Assembly: GCA_947085795.1 (NCBI GenBank)
Contig: CAMTXY010000220.1
Coordinates: 1-26,472 of the forward strand
Direction: 5' to 3'
Source: an uncultured Actinomycetes bacterium
GTDB lineage: Bacteria > Actinomycetota > Coriobacteriia > Anaerosomatales > UBA912
Length of the DNA: 26,472 nt
Shown here: positions 1 to 8,987 of the stretch, one piece after another
Layout: every line of letters begins with the position of its first letter
How positions within the stretch are numbered: the first letter of the stretch is position 1
Made by a program: the position numbers and the translations under genes
The notes under the pieces: generated by a model
The model's database searches: none
The model's input: the letters and a program-made list of their open reading frames with translations, nothing else
Told to the model about the DNA's origin: nothing

Positions 1-2
1 AG

Positions 3-1217
3 AAGTACAAACTTTACAACCTCATCGCACGACGGTTCCTGGCGACATTGTCCGATCCCGCAGTGCTCGAGAGCACCAAGGCGGTGCTCGAGGTCGGCAG
101 CGAGCGGTTCGTCGCGCGCGGTGACGTCGTGGTCGTTCCGGGCTTTCGCGCCGTCTACCCGTACGGTCTCAAGAGAGACGAGCACCTACCCCCGCTCGCC
201 GAAGGTGGTGTGTGCGCGTTCGCCGGCGCCGAACTCGATGCCAAGCAGACGCAACCGCCGGCGCGCTACTCGCAGGGCAAGCTCATCCAGGAGATGGAGA
301 AGCGTGGGTTGGGCACGAAGGCCACTCGGCACGACATCATCCAGACGCTCTACGACCGCAAGTACATCACCGGCGACCCTACCGAGCCGACATGCAAGGG
401 CCGGTCGGTCATCGACGCCCTCGTGTTACGGGCCGAACGCATCACCGACCCCGGGATGACCGCCGAACTCGAACGCGAGATGGATGACATCGCGAACGCC
501 CGTGACACGCGCGAGCAGGTCGTCGGCCACTCGCGTCGGATCCTCGCCGACGTGATGAGCGTGTTGCTCGAGAGCGTGCCTGACGTCGGCGAGGCGCTCA
601 AGGCCGCCGCTGACGAGGATGCGAAGGTCGGCACGTGCCCGAAGTCCGGCGACGACCTGCTCGTCAAGTACTCGCCCAAGACCCGCGCGTTCTTCGTGGG
701 CTGCCAGGGCTACCCGAAGTGTTCGGTCACCTATCCACTGCCGAAGAACGCGAGATTCGCGGCGGTCGAGGAGTTGTGCGCCGAGTGCGGTTCACCGCAG
801 GTCAGGGTCTTGCAGTTCAAGCGTCCGACGCGCGTGATGTGCCTGGCGCCCGACTGCCGGACCAAGAAGGGTCCCGAGATCGAGGTGGGTCGCTGCGTGC
901 AGTGCGGCGGCGGGCTGCGCGTGCAGTACTCGCAGGTGGGCAGCCGCTACGTCCGTTGCGAGAACTACGAGGCTAAGACGCACCCGGTGTCCTACCCGCT
1001 GCCGCAATCGGGCGAGCTCGAGCCGACGGACGAGACGTGCGAGCCGTGCGGCGCCCCCAAGATCATCGTCCACACCAAGAAAGGTCCGTGGAAGATCTGC
1101 ATCGACCCGGATTGTCCGGAGCGCGCCGAGTCCAAGAAGAAGGCTGTCGCACGCAGGGGCGCGAAACGCGCCGGGACGGTCAAGAAAGCCCCTGCAACAC
1201 GCAAGAAGGCGGGCTAG
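3..1217 (+). CDS. topA: DNA topoisomerase I (type IA), 5'-partial, with C-terminal zinc ribbons and basic tail
   Basis: Frame is open from the window edge (KYKLYNLIARRFLAT...). Type IA motifs PPARYSQGKLIQEMEKRGLGTKATRHDII and TDPGMTAELEREMD are present, followed by four zinc-ribbon-like units and a Lys/Arg-rich tail. Confidence 0.93.
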   Translation, partial: KYKLYNLIARRFLATLSDPAVLESTKAVLEVGSERFVARGDVVVVPGFRAVYPYGLKRDEHLPPLAEGGVCAFAGAELDAKQTQPPARYSQGKLIQEMEKRGLGTKATRHDIIQTLYDRKYITGDPTEPTCKGRSVIDALVLRAERITDPGMTAELEREMDDIANARDTREQVVGHSRRILADVMSVLLESVPDVGEALKAAADEDAKVGTCPKSGDDLLVKYSPKTRAFFVGCQGYPKCSVTYPLPKNARFAAVEELCAECGSPQVRVLQFKRPTRVMCLAPDCRTKKGPEIEVGRCVQCGGGLRVQYSQVGSRYVRCENYEAKTHPVSYPLPQSGELEPTDETCEPCGAPKIIVHTKKGPWKICIDPDCPERAESKKKAVARRGAKRAGTVKKAPATRKKAG

Positions 1218-1240
1218 ACCCCTTACTGCGGAGGTGCCCC

Positions 1241-1927
1241 GTGAAGATCGCTGTGATCCAGCATCGCATACGCCCGACACTCGCCGAGGACGCCGACGCG
1301 CTCTCCTCGGGTGTGATGCACGCATGCGACGAGGGGGCCCGCGTGGTCGTGTGCCCGTGGGTGCCGTCGATCGCCGCAGCCGACGTCGCACAACGCGCGT
1401 CGATGATCGAGACGTTCTCGAGTTGCGGAGAGGGCACGACGCTCCTGCTCGCCTTCAGAACCCCTGAGCCTACGTCCAGTGCCCGCATCAAACAGACGCC
1501 GCTCGGTCCGACGGCGCTCATGCTCGGCGACGAATGCATCATGCTTTCCTCGTACGAGGCGGCTGAAGCGGCCGGCGCGCGCGCCTGGGTGTGGCGTCCG
1601 CTTTCCGAGAGCGACCTGCAGGCCGAAGCGGTGCTCGAACACGCGATCGCAGCGAGCGCCTCATATGTCGGCCTGATTCTCGTCTCGGAGTCGACGGGCG
1701 CGGATCCGGGCGAGATAGGCCACGGCTCGAGCGCGGTGCTCTACCTCGGCGACGTCATCGCAGAGGCGTTCGCTGCCGACGACATGATCATGGTCGACAT
1801 CGACGCCCCGGTCCCTGCTCCCGAGCCTCGGGAACCGCTTCCCGCGCTGCCTCCCATCCTCGAGCAACGTCTCGCGGTGCACGAAGGGCGCAAGGCGAGT
1901 TTCGGATATCTCGCCGACCTGTCGTGA
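1241..1927 (+). CDS. Carbon-nitrogen hydrolase (nitrilase)-fold protein, catalytic residues apparently lost
   Basis: GTG start at 1241 with GGAGG RBS at 1230-1234. MKIAVIQ N-terminus, ARVVVCPW and C-terminal GHGSSAVLYLGDVIAEA...MVDID resemble the CN-hydrolase fold. Confidence 0.6.
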   Translation: MKIAVIQHRIRPTLAEDADALSSGVMHACDEGARVVVCPWVPSIAAADVAQRASMIETFSSCGEGTTLLLAFRTPEPTSSARIKQTPLGPTALMLGDECIMLSSYEAAEAAGARAWVWRPLSESDLQAEAVLEHAIAASASYVGLILVSESTGADPGEIGHGSSAVLYLGDVIAEAFAADDMIMVDIDAPVPAPEPREPLPALPPILEQRLAVHEGRKASFGYLADLS

Positions 1928-1963
1928 ACAGATCCGGACGTCTCCTTCGACCGGAGGTGGGCG

Positions 1964-1972
1964 TGGTAGAAT
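1964..1972 (+). promoter_or_regulatory. Putative extended -10 promoter (TGgTAGAAT) for the mdh operon
   Basis: TG-N-TAGAAT about 100 nt upstream of the mdh ATG. No convincing -35. Confidence 0.5.
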
Positions 1973-2073
1973 CCTCGGCGTGACGCGTTCGCGGCGACGC
2001 ATCGGCGGCATGCGCCGTCGCTTCACGCTGCCGGGTGTGACGGCAGGCGCGCACCCGGTCGGGAGGGGAGAGG

Positions 2074-3009
2074 ATGTCGTTTCCGAGAGTGACCGTCGTC
2101 GGGGCGGGCCAGGTCGGCGCCACTACGGCGTTCCTGCTGCTCGAGAAGGGTCTGGCAGACGTCGTACTCATCGATGTCGCCGAGGGTCTGCCGCAAGGCA
2201 AGGCGCTCGACATGATGCACAGCCGCTCGGTCGAGCAGTTCGGGCCCGTGGTCACAGGTACGAACGACTACGCAAAGACCGCCGGTTCCGATGTGGTGGT
2301 CGTGACCGCCGGACTGCCGCGCAAGCCCGGGATGACTCGCGACGATCTGATCGCTGCGAACTCGGCTATCGTGCGTTCTGTGGTCGAGCAGGCGACGGCG
2401 GTTTCCCCCGACGCGCTGTTGCTGCTGGTCACCAATCCGCTCGATGTGATGACATACCTGGCCAGACGGGTCTCGGGCTTTCCGGCCGAGCGCGTGATAG
2501 GTATGGGGGGCGTGCTCGACTCGGCCCGCTTCGCCTACGCGATCGCCGATCGCCTCGATGTGCCGGTCACGAGCGTCGACGCGCTTGCGTGCGGGGCGCA
2601 CGGGGACGCGATGGTGCCTCTGCCCGCTCACTCGCTCGTGGCGGGGACGCCGCTTACCGAGATGCTTCCAGCCGCCGAGGTCGACGAACTCGTCCGCTGC
2701 ACTGTGTTCGGCGGGGCCGAGGTGGTCGGTCTGCTCAGAACCGGCAGCGCCTTCTACGCGCCGGCGGCCAGCGTCGTACGCATGATCTCGGCGATGCTCG
2801 GCGGAGAGTGCGCTCCGCTGTCGAGCTGCGTGTACCTCACCGGTCAGTACGGCATCTCCGACGTATATCTCTCCGTCCCGGCCGTGTTGGACCGCTGCGG
2901 CGTGCGGGAGATTCCCGAGATCGATCTGAGCCCGGCCGAACTGACAGCGCTCCGGGCCTCGGCCGCTAGCGTCGTCGAATCGCTGCAGGCGCTCGGGTTG
3001 CGGAACTGA
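2074..3009 (+). CDS. mdh: Malate dehydrogenase (LDH-like)
   Basis: Rossmann motif VTVVGAGQVG, PQGKALD, TAGLPRKPGMTRDDL (MDH specificity Arg), VTNPLD, GVLDSARF, GAHGD. Confidence 0.95.
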   Translation: MSFPRVTVVGAGQVGATTAFLLLEKGLADVVLIDVAEGLPQGKALDMMHSRSVEQFGPVVTGTNDYAKTAGSDVVVVTAGLPRKPGMTRDDLIAANSAIVRSVVEQATAVSPDALLLLVTNPLDVMTYLARRVSGFPAERVIGMGGVLDSARFAYAIADRLDVPVTSVDALACGAHGDAMVPLPAHSLVAGTPLTEMLPAAEVDELVRCTVFGGAEVVGLLRTGSAFYAPAASVVRMISAMLGGECAPLSSCVYLTGQYGISDVYLSVPAVLDRCGVREIPEIDLSPAELTALRASAASVVESLQALGLRN

Positions 3010-3014
3010 ACACG

Positions 3015-3854
3015 GTGGTCGATGTCGGCCGGATATCCGCAGCGGTCCACGACGCGGTCCTGCGCGCCGCGTGCGAGCTGCGTCCCGACGTGCGGGCCGC
3101 ACTCGCTCTCGCGGCTGTCGCGGAGCGCTCGCCCCGGGGCAGGCGGGTGCTCGAACAGCTCGTGCGCAACGCCGAGATCGCCGCTTCCGACCGTGTGCCG
3201 CTGTGCCAGGACACCGGCACCGTATGGGTCTGGGTCGAACTCGGCGCCGAGGAGTGTCCCGGCGAGCCGCTGCAGCCTGTGGTCGACGCCGCGATCGCCT
3301 CGGCGTACGCGAGCGGGGGGCTGCGCACGAGCGTGGCTCGCGACGCGCTGTTCGACCGCTCGAACACAGGGGACAACACTCCGGCGCTCCTCGATGTGAC
3401 GCTACGCCCCGGCAAGGGAGCGACGGTGCACGTCATGCTCAAGGGTGGGGGTTCCGACAACGCGTCGGCGCTTCGCATGCTGCCGCCCGGCGCCGGGGCC
3501 GATGGCGTACGACAGGTGGTTATCGAGTCCGTCGAGGCCCAAGCGAGTTTCGCATGTCCGCCGCTGCTCGTCGGCGTCGGCGTGGGAGGCGGGTTTGACA
3601 AGGCCGGCTGTTTGTCGAAGCGAGCGCTGTTGCGGCGCATCGGCGATCCGGCGCCCGACGCGGGTCATGCCGCGTTCGAGGCTACGCTGTTGCGCGAGAT
3701 CAACGCGACCGGTATCGGGCCTGCGGGGTTCGGCGGGGACACGACGGCGCTGGCCGTTCACGTGCAGACCGCCCCGTGTCACATCGCATCGCTTCCCGTC
3801 GCCGTCAACATGGGTTGCTGCGCGATCAGGTCGGTGAGCGTGGATGTCGCCTGA
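3015..3854 (+). CDS. fumA: Class I Fe-S fumarate hydratase / tartrate dehydratase family, alpha subunit
   Basis: Motifs PLCQDTG, KGGGSDN, ACPP, GIGPAGFGG and TAPCHIASLPVAVN. Adjacent to mdh. Confidence 0.88.
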   Translation: MVDVGRISAAVHDAVLRAACELRPDVRAALALAAVAERSPRGRRVLEQLVRNAEIAASDRVPLCQDTGTVWVWVELGAEECPGEPLQPVVDAAIASAYASGGLRTSVARDALFDRSNTGDNTPALLDVTLRPGKGATVHVMLKGGGSDNASALRMLPPGAGADGVRQVVIESVEAQASFACPPLLVGVGVGGGFDKAGCLSKRALLRRIGDPAPDAGHAAFEATLLREINATGIGPAGFGGDTTALAVHVQTAPCHIASLPVAVNMGCCAIRSVSVDVA

Positions 3855-5316
3855 GGCGACCGGCGGCGCGCACCTACAGACGCATGAAGCAGTCGAGCTG
3901 TCGCGGGGCGCGTACCGTCGTCTGGCGGCCAACACGCGATTCCGGCGGCTGTGGTTCAGCCAGTTCGTGAGCGGGGTCGGCGACTGGCTCGTGATAGGTT
4001 TTCTTCTGCCGCTGGTCACCACGCTCTCAGGCGGTTCGGCGTTCGCGGTCGCCGGAATCCTCATTGCCAAGATCATCCCGGCGCTCGTGTTCTCCTCGGT
4101 CATCGGGGTGTTCGTCGACCGCTTCGACCGCCGCCGGACGATGATCGCGGCTGATCTCGTCCGCGCGCTACTCACTCTGGGGCTGCTTCTTACCAACAGC
4201 CTCGTGCTGATCTATCTCGTGGTGCTGCTCATGGAGATCGCGTCGCTGTTCTTCTTCCCGGCGAAAAGCGCGCTCATCCCTTATCTGGTCGACGAGAACG
4301 ACGTGACGGCGGCCAACGGGCTCTCGTATATGACGCAGCAGGCGAGCATGCTCGTGGGGCTCGTTGCATCCGGTGCGATCCTGGCAGGATTCGAGGCTAT
4401 TGTCCGCAGCGTTTTAGCCGCTGAACTCCCGATCGTGACAAGTCTGGCGGGCCTGTTTGCGCCCGCCCTGCTCGGGCCGCGGGCAGGTGTGTTCATCAAC
4501 ACGCTTTCATTTCTCGTCTCGGGCGCCATGATCGCCGGTATCGGCGTAGCGGCTCGCGCATCCCGTGCCGACGGGCGTCTCGATCTGCGTCTCATCGGCA
4601 GTGATGTGCGCGAGTCCTACCGTTTTCTGCGCGAACATGACGAGCTCCGCGGGTTCCTCTTGACCATCGGACTCGCGATCCTCGGCGGCGGGACGATCAT
4701 CCCGGTAGGACTCGTCCACGTGCAACAGAACCTGAGTGGCGGGGGCGCGCCGATCCTTGACCGCCTCGAGTTTCTAGAGCGTCTCACCGCCGCACCGCAG
4801 ACGTTCATGCTAGTGTTCCTCGCGCTTGGGATGCTTTCCGGCGCACTGCTCGTGCCGAGGCTCGTGCACCGCATGTCGCTGCAGATGCTGTTCCTCGGCG
4901 GCGTGGGCGGGTTCGGCCTGATGATGCTTGGGTTCGCGAGCGTGTCGACGTATGCGGTGGCCGGGGTGTTCGGCGCCGCGGCCGGGTTCTGCATCGCCAT
5001 CGTGACGGTCGCCGGCAACTCGTATGTGACCAGCACGGTCGCCGACGAGATCCGCGGGCGGGTGTTCACGGCGATGGAGTCGCTCATCCGGGTGGCGCTC
5101 CTGCTATCGATGATCGTCATGGCGCCGCTCGGCGACTTCGCCGCAGGTCTCATCAAGCGATTCGTCGAGGCACGCGACATCGCGCCGACGGATCTCGTGA
5201 TCACGGGATCCCAGGTCGCGCTGCAGCTCGCCTCGCTCGTGGTGCTCGTCGCCGCGGTGTATGCTGTTCGGACGTTGAACTGGCGCCGCTGCAGGGAGGA
5301 GTGCGCTGATGTCTGA
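3844..5316 (+). CDS. MFS transporter (H+ antiporter-like)
   Basis: About 12 hydrophobic segments, MFS motif A GVFVDRFDRRRTMIAAD, and C-half motif DEIRGRVF. Confidence 0.9.
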   Translation: MSPEATGGAHLQTHEAVELSRGAYRRLAANTRFRRLWFSQFVSGVGDWLVIGFLLPLVTTLSGGSAFAVAGILIAKIIPALVFSSVIGVFVDRFDRRRTMIAADLVRALLTLGLLLTNSLVLIYLVVLLMEIASLFFFPAKSALIPYLVDENDVTAANGLSYMTQQASMLVGLVASGAILAGFEAIVRSVLAAELPIVTSLAGLFAPALLGPRAGVFINTLSFLVSGAMIAGIGVAARASRADGRLDLRLIGSDVRESYRFLREHDELRGFLLTIGLAILGGGTIIPVGLVHVQQNLSGGGAPILDRLEFLERLTAAPQTFMLVFLALGMLSGALLVPRLVHRMSLQMLFLGGVGGFGLMMLGFASVSTYAVAGVFGAAAGFCIAIVTVAGNSYVTSTVADEIRGRVFTAMESLIRVALLLSMIVMAPLGDFAAGLIKRFVEARDIAPTDLVITGSQVALQLASLVVLVAAVYAVRTLNWRRCREECADV

Positions 5317-5884
5317 GCCGCTCGCCATCACGCTGCCTGTCTCGCGCGACGAACTGGCATCGCTGCGCGTCGGCGACGAGGTGCTGCTGTCCGGCCCCGT
5401 CTACACGGCGCGCGACGCGACCCACGAGCGTCTTGTCGCGCAGCTCGACGCGACCGCCGGCTTGCTGCCGTTCGGTCTCGAGGGGCAGGTGCTCTTCTAC
5501 GCCGGTCCGACACCGCCCGCCGCAGGACGTCCGGCCGGTTCGGTTGGTCCGACCACCGCGTCGCGCATGGATCCGTTCACGTCACGTTTGTTGGCGGCCG
5601 GAATCGTTGCCACCATCGGCAAGGGCGCTCGTTCCGACGCGGTCCGGCGGGCATGCGCGAAGATCGGCGCGGTGTACTTCGCCGCGGTCGGCGGCTCGGC
5701 GGCGTTCCTCGCCACGCGAGTCGCGGCAGCCCAACCGGTGGCGTACGCGGACCTCGGCGTCGAGGCTCTCGTGCGCCTCACGCTCATCGACTTCCCTGTT
5801 GTCGTGGCCATCGATACCGAGGGCGGAGACCTGTACGCCACCGTCGCCGGACAATGGCGGGAGAAGACGGGAGCGGTGACGTGA
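5309..5884 (+). CDS. fumB: Class I Fe-S fumarate hydratase / tartrate dehydratase family, beta subunit
   Basis: LRVGDEVLLSGPVYTARDATHERL, FYAGPTP, GPTTASRMD, IGKG, DLGVEA, VVAIDTEGGDLY. Confidence 0.88.
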   Translation: MSEPLAITLPVSRDELASLRVGDEVLLSGPVYTARDATHERLVAQLDATAGLLPFGLEGQVLFYAGPTPPAAGRPAGSVGPTTASRMDPFTSRLLAAGIVATIGKGARSDAVRRACAKIGAVYFAAVGGSAAFLATRVAAAQPVAYADLGVEALVRLTLIDFPVVVAIDTEGGDLYATVAGQWREKTGAVT

Positions 5885-6534
5885 GCGCACGCGGCGTCTT
5901 CATCACGTTCGAGGGCGGTGAGGGCTGCGGCAAGTCGACGCAGATCGGCCTGCTCGAAGCGGTGCTCGCCGGTTTGGGTCTCGGCGTCGTGGTGCTGCGC
6001 GAGCCCGGCGGGACCGACCTCGGCGAAGTTGTCCGCGCCATCCTGCTCGATCGTGCCCACGACGCGATGAGCGCGCGCGCAGAGCTGTTGCTCTACGAGG
6101 CCTCACGCGCGCAACTCATCGTAGAGCGCATCAGGCCGGCGCTTGCGATCGGCGAGGTCGTGGTCTGCGACCGCTTCACCGATTCAACGCTCGCCTACCA
6201 GGGGTACGGGCGCGGTCTGCTGCTCGAGGAGATCGCGCAGCTCAACCGTATGACCACCGGCGGGCTGACCCCCGACCTCACGGTCATGCTCGACATCGCA
6301 CCTGTGATCGGCCTCGCGCGCGCCACGCATGGCGGGACCGACCGCCTCGAGGCCGAGGACGTCGGGTTCCACGAGCGGGTCCGACGCGGTTTCCTCGAGC
6401 TTGCCGCAGCCGACCCGGCGCGGTGTGTCGTGATCGACGCGTCCGGTACGGCCGAAGAGGTGCACGCCCATGTCATCGACGCCCTGCGTCGCATCCCCGT
6501 GATCGAGGTCCTGCTGGAACGGAGCCGCAGGTGA
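5881..6534 (+). CDS. tmk: Thymidylate kinase
   Basis: GTG at 5881 overlaps the fumB stop. FITFEGGEGCGKSTQ, REPGGT, CDRFTDSTLAYQGYGRG, PDLTVMLD, FHERVRRGF. Confidence 0.96.
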   Translation: MSARGVFITFEGGEGCGKSTQIGLLEAVLAGLGLGVVVLREPGGTDLGEVVRAILLDRAHDAMSARAELLLYEASRAQLIVERIRPALAIGEVVVCDRFTDSTLAYQGYGRGLLLEEIAQLNRMTTGGLTPDLTVMLDIAPVIGLARATHGGTDRLEAEDVGFHERVRRGFLELAAADPARCVVIDASGTAEEVHAHVIDALRRIPVIEVLLERSRR

Positions 6535-7661
6535 ACCGAGCCTGCGTCTGGGACGACCTTATCGGGCAGCACCGCGCCGCCGACTACCTGCGTGCCGCGG
6601 TCATCGGCGGCTCGGTCGCCCATGCCTACCTGTTCGTTGGCCCACCCGGCGCCGGAAAGAAGACGGCTGCCAAGGCACTCGCGTGCGCGATGTTCTGTGA
6701 CGACGACGGCTGCGGGTCGTGTCGTACGTGCTACCGGATCAAGCGGGGCCTACATCCCGACGTGCGCGTCTTCGAGCCCGAGGGCACGGCGAGCTACCTG
6801 CTCGACGAACAGATCCGCCCACTCATCCATGACGTCCACCTCAAGCCGGTCGAGGCCTCCCGCAAGGTCTACGTGCTGGCCCAGGCCGACCTGATGCGCG
6901 ACGCCACCGCAAACGCGTTCCTCAAGACGCTCGAGGAGCCGCCTTTGAGCGTCGTGATCGTCTTGCTGGCGCCGAGTTACGACTCGGTGCTGCCCACGGT
7001 CGCATCGCGCTGTCTCGTCGTGCGGTTCGCGCAGATTCCTCCGGTCACAGCCGAACGTCTACTCGCCGAGCGCACCGGCGCGTCACCGGACGAGACCCGC
7101 GCGGCGTTGGCGGCCACAGGTGGCGTGCTCGTGCGCGCGGTCGAGTTCCTCGATTCGCCCACGCGTCGAGAGGCCCGCACCCGGGTGCTCGCGATTCTCA
7201 AAGACCTCGCAGCGTACGATGAACTCGACGTGTTGGAGGCCGCCCGGGAGCTGCTCGTGCTTGTCAAGGTGCCGCTCGAGGAGCTCAAGGCCGTACATGC
7301 CGAGGAGATCCGCGAGCGCGAGGAGTTTCTCGGCGTGTCCGCAGGCAAGTCGGTCGAGGACCGGCACAAACGCGAACTCACCGCTCGGGAGCGTGAAGGT
7401 GTGACCGAGGTACTGAACATCGCCGACAGTTGGCTGAGGGATTGCTTGGCACTGTCGCAGGGTATCGACGATCTCGTGGCCAACCCAGACGTAGCCGACG
7501 CCATGTGCGAGGTCGCTGCGGTCATCACGCTGACCGCCGCGACCCGTGCGCTCGACGCCGTGCGCGAGGCGCGGCGGCGCATCTCGTATAATGTGAGTCC
7601 CCAGCTGGCCGTCGAGGCCATGCTCTTCGATATCAGGGAGGTTCTTCTGTGCCCACGGTAG
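6531..7661 (+). CDS. holB: DNA polymerase III subunit delta'
   Basis: GTGA overlap with tmk. HAYLFVGPPGAGK, zinc module C..CGSCRTC, HPDV, NAFLKTLEEPP, LPTVASRC. Confidence 0.93.
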   Translation: MNRACVWDDLIGQHRAADYLRAAVIGGSVAHAYLFVGPPGAGKKTAAKALACAMFCDDDGCGSCRTCYRIKRGLHPDVRVFEPEGTASYLLDEQIRPLIHDVHLKPVEASRKVYVLAQADLMRDATANAFLKTLEEPPLSVVIVLLAPSYDSVLPTVASRCLVVRFAQIPPVTAERLLAERTGASPDETRAALAATGGVLVRAVEFLDSPTRREARTRVLAILKDLAAYDELDVLEAARELLVLVKVPLEELKAVHAEEIREREEFLGVSAGKSVEDRHKRELTAREREGVTEVLNIADSWLRDCLALSQGIDDLVANPDVADAMCEVAAVITLTAATRALDAVREARRRISYNVSPQLAVEAMLFDIREVLLCPR

Positions 7662-8830
7662 TGGGAGTCAAACTCCGCTCAGTTCCAAAGACGCTTTGGT
7701 TCGATCCCGCAGGCAGCGAGCCGGTTGCCGGAGACTCGGTGATCGTCGAGACCGAGCGCGGCACCGAGATGGGCTCGGTCATCGAGGCGTGCCACGAGGT
7801 GGCCCTCCGCGATCTGTCGGCACCCCTAAAACCCGTCAAGCGTATCGCCACCGGCGCGGACCTCGAAATGGCGGCAAGGTTCGCCGATAGGGAGGTTGCC
7901 GCGCGACGGCGATTCCGTGAGCTCGTCAAGGCGCACAAGCTCGACATGAAGCCGGTAGATGTGGAGTTCCTCTTCGGCGGGGACAAGGTCGTCTTCTACT
8001 TCTCCGCCGAGGAACGCGTCGACTTCCGCGAACTCGTCCGCGAGCTGGCGGGCGAGTTCAAGATGCGCATCGACATGCGGCAGATCGGCGTGCGCGACGA
8101 GGCCCGCATGGTCGGCGGACTCGGGCACTGTGGCGAACAGCTATGCTGCGTGCGCTTCGGCGGTGATTTTCAGCCTGTGTCCATCAGGATGGCCAAAGAG
8201 CAGGATCTGCCGCTGAACCCCTTGAAAATCAGTGGGTTGTGCGGGAGACTCATGTGCTGTCTGCGCTACGAGTTCGACGCCTACAAGGACTTCAAGTCCC
8301 GCGCTCCCAAACGCGGGACGATGGTCGAGACGCCTCTTGGCGAGGGTAAGGTCGTCGAACTCAACACGCCCCGTGAGACCGTGACGGTGCGTGTTCCGCA
8401 GGCAGGTGCGATGACCGTGCCGCTCTCCGCGATGGAGTGTTGCTCGGGCAAAGGGTGTCCGTGTTCGATCACGCGCGAGGCGCTCGACGAAGCCGGTGTC
8501 TCGCTTCCCATGCTCGTCTCGGCGGCGCTGGAGCGGGACCGCCCCGAGACCGGAGGCGACAAGCGCGGGTCGCGCGAGCGCGGCGGTGGACGGCAATCGG
8601 GCGATCGATCGCGGGATCCGGAGCCGAAGGTGGCTTCGGGCACCACACAGGAACGACGCTTCGGGAGCGGACGACCCAAGAAGGACCGGTCCTCGGGAGA
8701 GCAGCCGAAACCAGGCGAAGCGTCAGCGGATCGGTCCGGTGAGGGCCAGGCGCCTCAGGCCCCGAAGTCCTCGGGGCGTCGCAGGCGCAGACGTCGCTCC
8801 GGCGGTGGGGGAGCGGGTAAGACGGAGTGA
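7649..8830 (+). CDS. ricT: PSP1-domain protein (RicT/YaaT family) with long low-complexity C-terminal tail
   Basis: YFSAEERVDFRELVRELA, RIDMRQIGVRDEA, CGEQLCC, MAKEQDLPLNPLKISGLCGRLMCCLRYE. Usual position after holB. Confidence 0.9.
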   Translation: MPTVVGVKLRSVPKTLWFDPAGSEPVAGDSVIVETERGTEMGSVIEACHEVALRDLSAPLKPVKRIATGADLEMAARFADREVAARRRFRELVKAHKLDMKPVDVEFLFGGDKVVFYFSAEERVDFRELVRELAGEFKMRIDMRQIGVRDEARMVGGLGHCGEQLCCVRFGGDFQPVSIRMAKEQDLPLNPLKISGLCGRLMCCLRYEFDAYKDFKSRAPKRGTMVETPLGEGKVVELNTPRETVTVRVPQAGAMTVPLSAMECCSGKGCPCSITREALDEAGVSLPMLVSAALERDRPETGGDKRGSRERGGGRQSGDRSRDPEPKVASGTTQERRFGSGRPKKDRSSGEQPKPGEASADRSGEGQAPQAPKSSGRRRRRRRSGGGGAGKTE

Positions 8831-8846
8831 GGTAGCACGTGCACGC

Positions 8847-8922
8847 GCCGACGTAGCTCAGCTGGTAGAGCAACGCACTCGTAATGCGTAGGTCAGCGGT
8901 TCGAATCCGCTCGTCGGCTCCA
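8847..8922 (+). tRNA. tRNA-Thr (anticodon CGT)
   Basis: 76-nt cloverleaf: acceptor GCCGACG/CGTCGGC, D-arm GCTC/GAGC, anticodon arm ACGCA-CTCGTAA-TGCGT, T-arm AGCGG-TTCGAAT-CCGCT, encoded CCA. Confidence 0.98.
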
Positions 8923-8937
8923 AAAAACCTCACGATA

Positions 8938-8979
8938 GCAAGGCTTTCGAGGCTGGAAAACCTTGCCATAAGTTTTTTT
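8938..8979 (+). terminator. Hairpin plus T-run downstream of the tRNA (possible intrinsic terminator or att-arm palindrome)
   Basis: GCAAGGCTTTC (8938-8948) pairs with GAAAACCTTGC (8956-8966) at 10 of 11 positions. T7 run at 8973-8979, six bases after the stem. Confidence 0.45.
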
Positions 8980-8987
8980 GAGGCGTT

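Noticed and set aside
2031-2064. Guanidine-III riboswitch-like string in the mdh leader
   Set aside because: The P2 partner strand and ACGAGG core are missing, and the downstream gene is not an SMR/guanidine gene.
1980-2969. Long alternate-frame ORFs overlapping mdh, tmk, lysA and pgk2
   Set aside because: The upstream extensions or alternative frames lack motifs. True starts were reassigned using RBS position and family N-termini.
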